NCBI GenBank assembly: GCA_016840165.1 | Contig: JAEOSU010000080.1 | Location: forward strand, 128,001-192,000 | Direction: 5' to 3' | Origin: Promethearchaeota archaeon | Lineage (GTDB): Archaea > Asgardarchaeota > Lokiarchaeia > Sigyniarchaeales > SOKP01 | DNA length: 64,000 nt | In this document: one piece after another, positions 57,898-64,000 of the stretch | Layout: each line of letters opens with the position of its first letter | How positions within the stretch are numbered: position 1 is the first letter of the stretch | Program-made: the position numbers and the translations under genes | Notes under the pieces: generated by a model | Seen by the model: the letters and a program-made list of their open reading frames with translations, nothing else | Told to the model about the DNA's origin: nothing | Databases searched by the model: none

Positions 57898-58719
57898 TTA
57901 GAGAGTAGTATATTTTTTTAGTGGATTTCTTGAATTATAAACGTAAAATTCATCATAGGGAAACTTCAAACTTAGAAAATTGCATAGTTTACTCAAAGCT
58001 AATAATTCACAATTAAAAAATGAAAACTCAATAAGATTTATACCTAAATCAAATGCATAACTAATTGTAGATTTATTTGTTTTTTCAGTGATATAACAAT
58101 CACATCCTTCACTCAAAAGTTCATGAAAATTCCTAATGAAAAGATCCTCACCACTTACAATACAAATACTATTTATTTCTTTTTTTAATTCTCCAAGGTA
58201 AAGAATGGATTTAATATTTAAATTTGAATCTATCCTATGAATTAATTTTTCTAAAGTAAATCTTTCATTTGAATCAGGATAAAGATTTGGAATGCATATT
58301 CTACCAATTGGAATATGAAAACCTTTATAGTTCTTAATTTCAAATGGATGATCTAATTTTAAGTATAAAGCATCCATTATTGTATTACTAATCCCCCCTT
58401 CAGCAATGTAAAAGGGGTAACCCAAAACAAAAATTGAGATAGGATATTTTGAGAGTATCGATAATTTATTTATTAAATTTGGTTTAAAATTCTTAATCGA
58501 TTCACTAACTAACCCATTGAGTGAAATAATGAGATTTATTTTATTTTTAACTGCAAAATATAAAGCTTTTAAACTCAAATCAACTGTAAGCATTACTCGT
58601 TTTATTGATTTCTCATTATTGTAATCGCCATAATGAAAGCCATATATTTCTGAATCTATTTGAAACTGCTCAGGAGCTACCTCCTTTTTAATAAATGAGC
58701 TTAATTCTTTTAAATACAT
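57898..58719 (-). CDS. Nif3-like protein with degenerate metal sites
   Basis: AP......D..G, V.LTVDL, GG....., GR, CDCYIT; the HH and H..E ligands are lost. Confidence 0.75.
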   Translation of the reverse strand: MYLKELSSFIKKEVAPEQFQIDSEIYGFHYGDYNNEKSIKRVMLTVDLSLKALYFAVKNKINLIISLNGLVSESIKNFKPNLINKLSILSKYPISIFVLGYPFYIAEGGISNTIMDALYLKLDHPFEIKNYKGFHIPIGRICIPNLYPDSNERFTLEKLIHRIDSNLNIKSILYLGELKKEINSICIVSGEDLFIRNFHELLSEGCDCYITEKTNKSTISYAFDLGINLIEFSFFNCELLALSKLCNFLSLKFPYDEFYVYNSRNPLKKYTTL

Positions 58720-58855
58720 TAAAATCCAATTTTTTATTAAACATAATGAGGAACTATAAAAAAAAAGAAACTCTGTAATGATTTTTAATATTAAATATTG
58801 TTAATATTTAATATATTTCAATATAATATTATGAAAAAAATCAAGTGAACTTTAA

Positions 58856-59269
58856 ATGGAAGAAAAGAATTGTATTTTCTGTCAAATCGTCAATAAAGAA
58901 GTTGCCTCAAAAATTATATATGAAAATGAATATAATATTGCTTTTCTGGATATTTTTCCTATTGGAGAAGGCCATACTATAGTAATACCAAAAAAACATT
59001 ACAATAATATTGAAGTCATTCCTGAGAAAGATTTGATTGAAATTATAAAAACCATTAAATACTTGTCAAAGTTGCTTCATGATAAATTAAATTTCGATGG
59101 ATATAATATTCTTCAAAATAATTTCAAAGCTGCGGGTCAAGTTGTGCAACATTTTCATTTTCATATAATTCCTAGAAATTTTAATGATTCTAGATTCAGA
59201 TTAGCTATTCCACGAGAAAAAGCAAGTGATAACGATTTAAATCAAATTATGAAGAAGATTAAGGCTTAA
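58856..59269 (+). CDS. HIT-family hydrolase
   Basis: CIFC, AFLDI.P...GH, AGQ.V.HFHFHIIPR. Confidence 0.95.
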   Translation: MEEKNCIFCQIVNKEVASKIIYENEYNIAFLDIFPIGEGHTIVIPKKHYNNIEVIPEKDLIEIIKTIKYLSKLLHDKLNFDGYNILQNNFKAAGQVVQHFHFHIIPRNFNDSRFRLAIPREKASDNDLNQIMKKIKA

Positions 59270-59353
59270 ATGCTTACTAGTTATAAATACATGGGATTTA
59301 AAAATATTGATTTATAACTTTGATTAGTATAGCTTTAATATTGAGGTTCAATA

Positions 59354-59548
59354 ATGAAAAGTTTATTTAATAACCTAAAAAAAAAGATACATAATTTTCT
59401 CAAGGATGATTTCGGGGGGAATCTAATTGAATATGCTCTTCTTATAGGTTTTGCTCTATTTCTATTTTTTTTAATTGTAGGAATTGTTACTAATCTCTTA
59501 GATTGGACTCTGGGACTCAAAGACGACTTTTTTAATCTTTTTGGTTAG
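59354..59548 (+). CDS. Flp-like (type IVb) pilin
   Basis: Basic leader, FLKDDFG^GNLIEYALLI, hydrophobic helix, 64 aa. Confidence 0.65.
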   Translation: MKSLFNNLKKKIHNFLKDDFGGNLIEYALLIGFALFLFFLIVGIVTNLLDWTLGLKDDFFNLFG

Positions 59549-59927
59549 TTACTTTCTTTTCTACAAAATTTTCTATGATTTTAAGATTAAATTTATCAGT
59601 CCAAATATGTAGATTATTTAAAACAAACATTTTATCAACATTAATGTATTCAATAAAATCATCCAAAGGTATTCTATTAGCACCTTTAAATAAATTAATA
59701 ATTTTTTTATTAATTTCAGAATCTTCAGGTGGAAATAAACTTCTCTTTTTAGCTTTCAATCTTTCTAGAATATCATCAAACCTGCCATAATCAAAAAAAT
59801 GTTCCACTATTCGACTGATTACTGCAGCTGGGCTATTTCCAAATACACCTACAAGTTCTTCCACTTGATTCATACTACTTTTACTCAATGTAACAGTTGT
59901 TCTTAATGTTTCTATCATAAAGTACAA
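59532..59927 (-). CDS. Ribbon-helix-helix domain protein
   Basis: RTTVTLS....NQVEELV...G.SPAAVIS.IV..F. Confidence 0.65.
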   Translation of the reverse strand: MYFMIETLRTTVTLSKSSMNQVEELVGVFGNSPAAVISRIVEHFFDYGRFDDILERLKAKKRSLFPPEDSEINKKIINLFKGANRIPLDDFIEYINVDKMFVLNNLHIWTDKFNLKIIENFVEKKVTNQKD

Positions 59928-60118
59928 TTTTTATTAATTTAAGTTCAATAATACGAATATTTTTGTCGCTTATAAACTTATGCTAAATGATGATAATAAT
60001 GCATAAATAAGCATCTTTTTATATTTAATGATTCTATATTATATTAAAGAACATGTTTTAGAGATTTTAGCTAAAATGTCGAAAATATGTCGAATTCTTT
60101 ATTGAATAAAAGATCAAT

Positions 60119-60385
60119 GTGGAGGAAAAAAATATGGCTAATAAAGTAATAATGAGCAATTTTGAAAAAAAGGACTTTGTTACTCCATTGCAAAATAATT
60201 TAATAAAAGTTCTTGAGAAAGATGGTCCTATTACACGAAGAGAGTTGGTTAAAGTTTTGAAAATTCCAAGAACAACGATTTATGATAATCTTTTAAAGTT
60301 ACAGAGAAGAAAGTTAATTGAAAAATTCTCAAGAAATAATGGAAGAAGAGGTAGACCTTTGGTTTTCTGGAGAATTAAAGAATAA
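60119..60385 (+). CDS. Winged-helix transcriptional regulator
   Basis: GPITRREL..L.IPRTTIYDNL.KL....LI...GRP. Confidence 0.85.
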   Translation: MEEKNMANKVIMSNFEKKDFVTPLQNNLIKVLEKDGPITRRELVKVLKIPRTTIYDNLLKLQRRKLIEKFSRNNGRRGRPLVFWRIKE

Positions 60386-60636
60386 TAAAATTCATTTTTT
60401 TCATTATATTTTTTTATTTAAGATACTGCATTATTTCGACTGCAAATTTTATAATTAAATAATAAAAAAATGTATTAGATAATAATATAATGAAATGGAT
60501 CCCAGTTTAGAATTATTTTATAATATTTAAATATCGTTATTAACATTTTAACTATCTTTTAGGCTTTAAAAGCATTTAATTTTTCCATGGGAAATTTTGC
60601 AGACAGACTTAAACTATAGATCGCATAAAAGTTGGT

Positions 60637-62427
60637 TTATTTAGGTATATAATAGTATTCATTTATTCTTTTTTGATAATCATCCTTGTTACTTCCGATT
60701 TTATTTACCCGTGGTCTTTTAGTAACCGAATCTCGTCTAAAAGTGATATCCATAATTTTCAGAAATGCATTAAAACCATCTCTTAGATTTTGTGGTACCC
60801 CTGCTATTCCATTTAGTCCAGGATTTCCTTTAAAGACAAGAATAGAATCAGCAATGAAATCTTGAGTAATTATATCATGTTCAACTACGAAAGCTGCTTT
60901 TTTTAATTCTTCTATCGACTTTCTTAATAATTGAGCAACTTGCAATCTCATTTCAACATCTAAAAATGCTGATGGTTCATCAAATAAGTAAAGATCTGCT
61001 TCTGTCATCAAACATTTTGCTATGGCGACCCTCTGCAATTCACCACCGCTCAATTCAGAGATCATTCGCTCTTTTATATTTTCCAAATTTAAGTTATTAA
61101 TTAATCTTTTTTTATATGACTGACTCAAATGTGAGCTAAGCTTAATACTTTTAATAACTTGACTAATACTTTCTTCATTTTCCATCTTTATATATTGAGG
61201 TTTAACGGATACCTTTAGGTTTTCTCCTTTATTTTCTTTGATATTATTTGATATGATATTAATAAATGTTGTCTTTCCGATTCCATTAGGCCCTAATATA
61301 CCAATAATCTCACCTAAATGTATTTCACTACCTTTTACTTCTAGCTGAAAATCTCCTTGAGAGACTTCTAAATCATCATAAGAAAATAAGATATCTCCTG
61401 AGCCAAATAATGAATCTAACGGAGGACGTGCATGAAATTTAATTGGTTCTTCACGAAATCTTAAATTTTCATCTTTAATATATCCATTAAGGTATATATT
61501 AATTCCCACGCGTACTCCTTGGGGGTGAGATAAAATACCATATACTCCAGGAATCCCATAAAATAATGAAACATAATCGCTTAAATAATCTAATATCGCA
61601 AGATCATGTTCAACCACTATTACAATCTTATCGTTGTCAGTTAACGATCTAATTAATTTTGCCATATTAATCCTTTCACTGACGTCTAAGTAGGAGCTAG
61701 GTTCGTCTATAAGATATACATCCCCATCTTTTAGATAAGCTGCAGCAGTAGCAACTCTCTGCAATTCACCACCTGAGAGAACTTCAATTTCTCTTTCTAA
61801 GATCTCGTTTAAGTTTAAATCATCAACAATTTTATCAAGCTTATCATCAAAATCGTTTTTCTTAAGTAAATCATATACTTTACCCGATACGTATTTAGGA
61901 ATATTAGTAATATCTTGGGGTTTGTGTATAATTTTTAAGTTTTCTTTTTGTAAATCAACAAAATATTGTTGGAGTTCAGAACCTTTAAAAAAATCAATAA
62001 TTTCATCATCTTTCGGGACATCACCATTAAACCTACCAAAGTTTATCCTTATATCTCCTGACAATATTTTAAGCATTGTACTCTTTCCAATGCCATTTTG
62101 CCCAATCAAACCTAACACTTTCCCTTTTTTTGGAATTGCCATTCGAAATAAAGTGAATTGATCTGGACCATAACGGTAAGTAATCTGATTCTTGAGGGGA
62201 TCAGGTAAATTAACAATACTTATTGCATTAAAAGGACATTTCTTTATACAAATACCACATCCAGTACATAGATTTTCAATAATTTCTACATTTTTTCCGT
62301 CTGGACTTAACACTATGGTGTTATCTCCTGTTCTTACTCTTGGACAATATTTTATACATGGTTTCTCTCCAAATGGACTGCATTTTTCTGGTTTACATCG
62401 ATCTTTATTAAGAACGGCTATTCTCAT
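60637..62427 (-). CDS. Ribosome recycling ATPase ABCE1/RLI
   Basis: N-terminal Fe-S domain; two ABC domains (GQNGIGKS, LSGGELQR twice); TFRRD...RPRVNK. Confidence 0.97.
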   Translation of the reverse strand: MRIAVLNKDRCKPEKCSPFGEKPCIKYCPRVRTGDNTIVLSPDGKNVEIIENLCTGCGICIKKCPFNAISIVNLPDPLKNQITYRYGPDQFTLFRMAIPKKGKVLGLIGQNGIGKSTMLKILSGDIRINFGRFNGDVPKDDEIIDFFKGSELQQYFVDLQKENLKIIHKPQDITNIPKYVSGKVYDLLKKNDFDDKLDKIVDDLNLNEILEREIEVLSGGELQRVATAAAYLKDGDVYLIDEPSSYLDVSERINMAKLIRSLTDNDKIVIVVEHDLAILDYLSDYVSLFYGIPGVYGILSHPQGVRVGINIYLNGYIKDENLRFREEPIKFHARPPLDSLFGSGDILFSYDDLEVSQGDFQLEVKGSEIHLGEIIGILGPNGIGKTTFINIISNNIKENKGENLKVSVKPQYIKMENEESISQVIKSIKLSSHLSQSYKKRLINNLNLENIKERMISELSGGELQRVAIAKCLMTEADLYLFDEPSAFLDVEMRLQVAQLLRKSIEELKKAAFVVEHDIITQDFIADSILVFKGNPGLNGIAGVPQNLRDGFNAFLKIMDITFRRDSVTKRPRVNKIGSNKDDYQKRINEYYYIPK

Positions 62428-62514
62428 TATTGATCACTAAAATTTGAAATGAAAAATGATAAATAATTTTTATCATTTAATTATTAAAGAGTTTCGCTTA
62501 TTTTGGTGTAGAAT

Positions 62515-64000
62515 ATGAATATAAAGTTTTCCATTCACTGGTTAGAAGATATTATCAATGAGATTATGGATAGAAAAGTTTCTAGAATTACTTTATCTAC
62601 AGGAAAAACACCTTCAGGCCATGTTCACATAGGAATATTAAGAGAGATTCTTATTTGTGATGCTTTAAGAAGATTATTAGAAAAGAAAGATAAAATTGTA
62701 AGATCATTACTTTTTTTAGATTCTCTTGATGCAGCAAAGAGATTTCCTGATTATATTAAAAAAGGCTTTCAAGATGAACATTTAGGAAAACCATTCTCAT
62801 ATATTCCTTGTCCATATAAAGAATGTGGTTGTGAGAGCTACGCTCATCATTTTGGTCAAGAATTAATATCCACTTTTGATGATTTTGGAATAAAAAATCA
62901 GATAATATGGTCTCATGAATTATATTCTAAAAAAGAGATGCAAGATAAAATTAAAACAGCATTAGAAAAAACTGAACAAATTAAAGACATTTTAAAAAAA
63001 TATATACTCCCTACACTCGATGATCAAAGAAAAAAAGAATTTCTAAAATCGCAAGAAACTTGGATGCCTGCTATGGTAATATGTGAAAAATGTAACAGAA
63101 TTCAGTTTAAATCAAGAGATGGGTCAATTTTACCGAATAGGGTTTTAGAATATATAAAAAAGGAGGAAAGTGTCAAATATGAATGCCAATCATGTAATTT
63201 CAAGTCAAAAATCTCAATTTATAGTGGAAGACTTAAACTAAATTGGCGCGTTGATTGGCCTGCAAAATGGGCCTTGTTTAAAACAACTTGCGAACCAGCA
63301 GGAAAGGATCATGCTGTAAAAGGTGGTGCTTATGACACCGGATTAGAATTATGTCAGAAAATATATGACTATAAGGGCCCCATAAGAGTAGCTTATGAAT
63401 GGTTACGATTAGGAGAACGCGATATGAAAACATCCAAGGGAATTGTATTTACACCGAAAAGATATTTAGAGTTAGCAGATCCGAATATCTATAGAATGTT
63501 AATTTTAAGGACAAATCCTATGAAGCATATCGCGTTAAGAATTGAAGAACTACCTCAATATCATGACCAATATGACAAATTAGAGAACATTTATTATGGT
63601 TATGAATCTACTGATACAGAAGAAGAAATTGCATTTTCAAAATATTTGTATCCATTAACAAAAGGAGAAAATGTCACAGAGGAAAAACCCTTAAAAATCC
63701 CTTTTAATTTATTAATTTTTTTATCCCAAATTCAAAATATTTTACCTCTTGAGAAACTATATCAAAAGGCAAATCTAGTTATTAATGATGAAAGATTTGA
63801 AAATGTTTACACGTTAAATGATTTCAAGTGGCTTTTAGATAGAACATTAAACTGGGTTAATTATGTTAAAACCATTATAAAAGAGGAAAAAGATCCAAAA
63901 GTAAAAAAAAATATTATGAATAAAGTTACACTTTTTAATATTCCCGAAGTAATAGATACATCTATTCTAGAAAAGTTGAATTATACTCAAATTAATGGAT
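62515..64000 (+). CDS. lysS: Lysine-tRNA ligase class I (partial, runs off the window)
   Basis: Not in the ORF track. ATG at 62515 gives MNIKFSIHW...GKTPSGHVHIG; LNWRVDWPAKW; EPAGKDH; MKTSKG. Confidence 0.95.
   Translation, partial: MNIKFSIHWLEDIINEIMDRKVSRITLSTGKTPSGHVHIGILREILICDALRRLLEKKDKIVRSLLFLDSLDAAKRFPDYIKKGFQDEHLGKPFSYIPCPYKECGCESYAHHFGQELISTFDDFGIKNQIIWSHELYSKKEMQDKIKTALEKTEQIKDILKKYILPTLDDQRKKEFLKSQETWMPAMVICEKCNRIQFKSRDGSILPNRVLEYIKKEESVKYECQSCNFKSKISIYSGRLKLNWRVDWPAKWALFKTTCEPAGKDHAVKGGAYDTGLELCQKIYDYKGPIRVAYEWLRLGERDMKTSKGIVFTPKRYLELADPNIYRMLILRTNPMKHIALRIEELPQYHDQYDKLENIYYGYESTDTEEEIAFSKYLYPLTKGENVTEEKPLKIPFNLLIFLSQIQNILPLEKLYQKANLVINDERFENVYTLNDFKWLLDRTLNWVNYVKTIIKEEKDPKVKKNIMNKVTLFNIPEVIDTSILEKLNYTQING

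Noticed and set aside
58788-58814. 12-bp inverted repeat ATATTAAATATT-gtt-AATATTTAATAT between nif3 and HIT
   Set aside because: Pure A/T in a very AT-rich gap, so plausible by chance; the same applies to the palindrome at about 34479-34502
26-62440. Many short ORFs (60-143 aa) antisense or out of frame within long genes, e.g. 26..244, 749..982, 4305..5054, 18544..19776, 61922..62440
   Set aside because: Shadow ORFs of well-supported genes; composition (rich in S, I, F, L) is typical of antisense frames and no motifs are present

Overview
AT-rich archaeal chromosomal segment, most likely from an Asgard archaeon (Lokiarchaeia-like). This is inferred from the Roadblock, longin/folliculin-like and EMC6-like proteins together with TFB, topo VI, arcTGT, class I LysRS and eL15. 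It is mostly housekeeping genes: topo VI A/B, CoaBC, a MoxR-VWA-SWIM operon, an orphan Dam-type MTase, a glycyl radical enzyme, Smc-ScpA-ScpB, a divergent Cdc6/Orc1, RNase P subunits, tRNA modification enzymes, TrpB2, PyrI, RqcH, TFB, ABCE1 and LysRS. There are three tRNAs, two with introns at non-canonical positions. No CRISPR array, rRNA or transposase was seen. Main observations: (1) an atypical condensin-like module, in which a 1.48-kaa SMC has no canonical hinge or Zn-hook, has arms built from 90/98-aa repeats, and its kleisin carries a hidden N-terminal SAP/HeH domain reachable only from a probable ATT start (Top6B shows the same two features); (2) an unannotated box C/D RNA whose D guide predicts the conserved 23S P-loop Gm2251; (3) a Trp-codon leader peptide with alternative pairings upstream of trpB2; (4) a folliculin/NPRL2-like protein with the putative arginine finger; (5) several pseudoenzymes; (6) a chimeric PIP-box nuclease. 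All family assignments come from motif recognition by eye, not from database searches.
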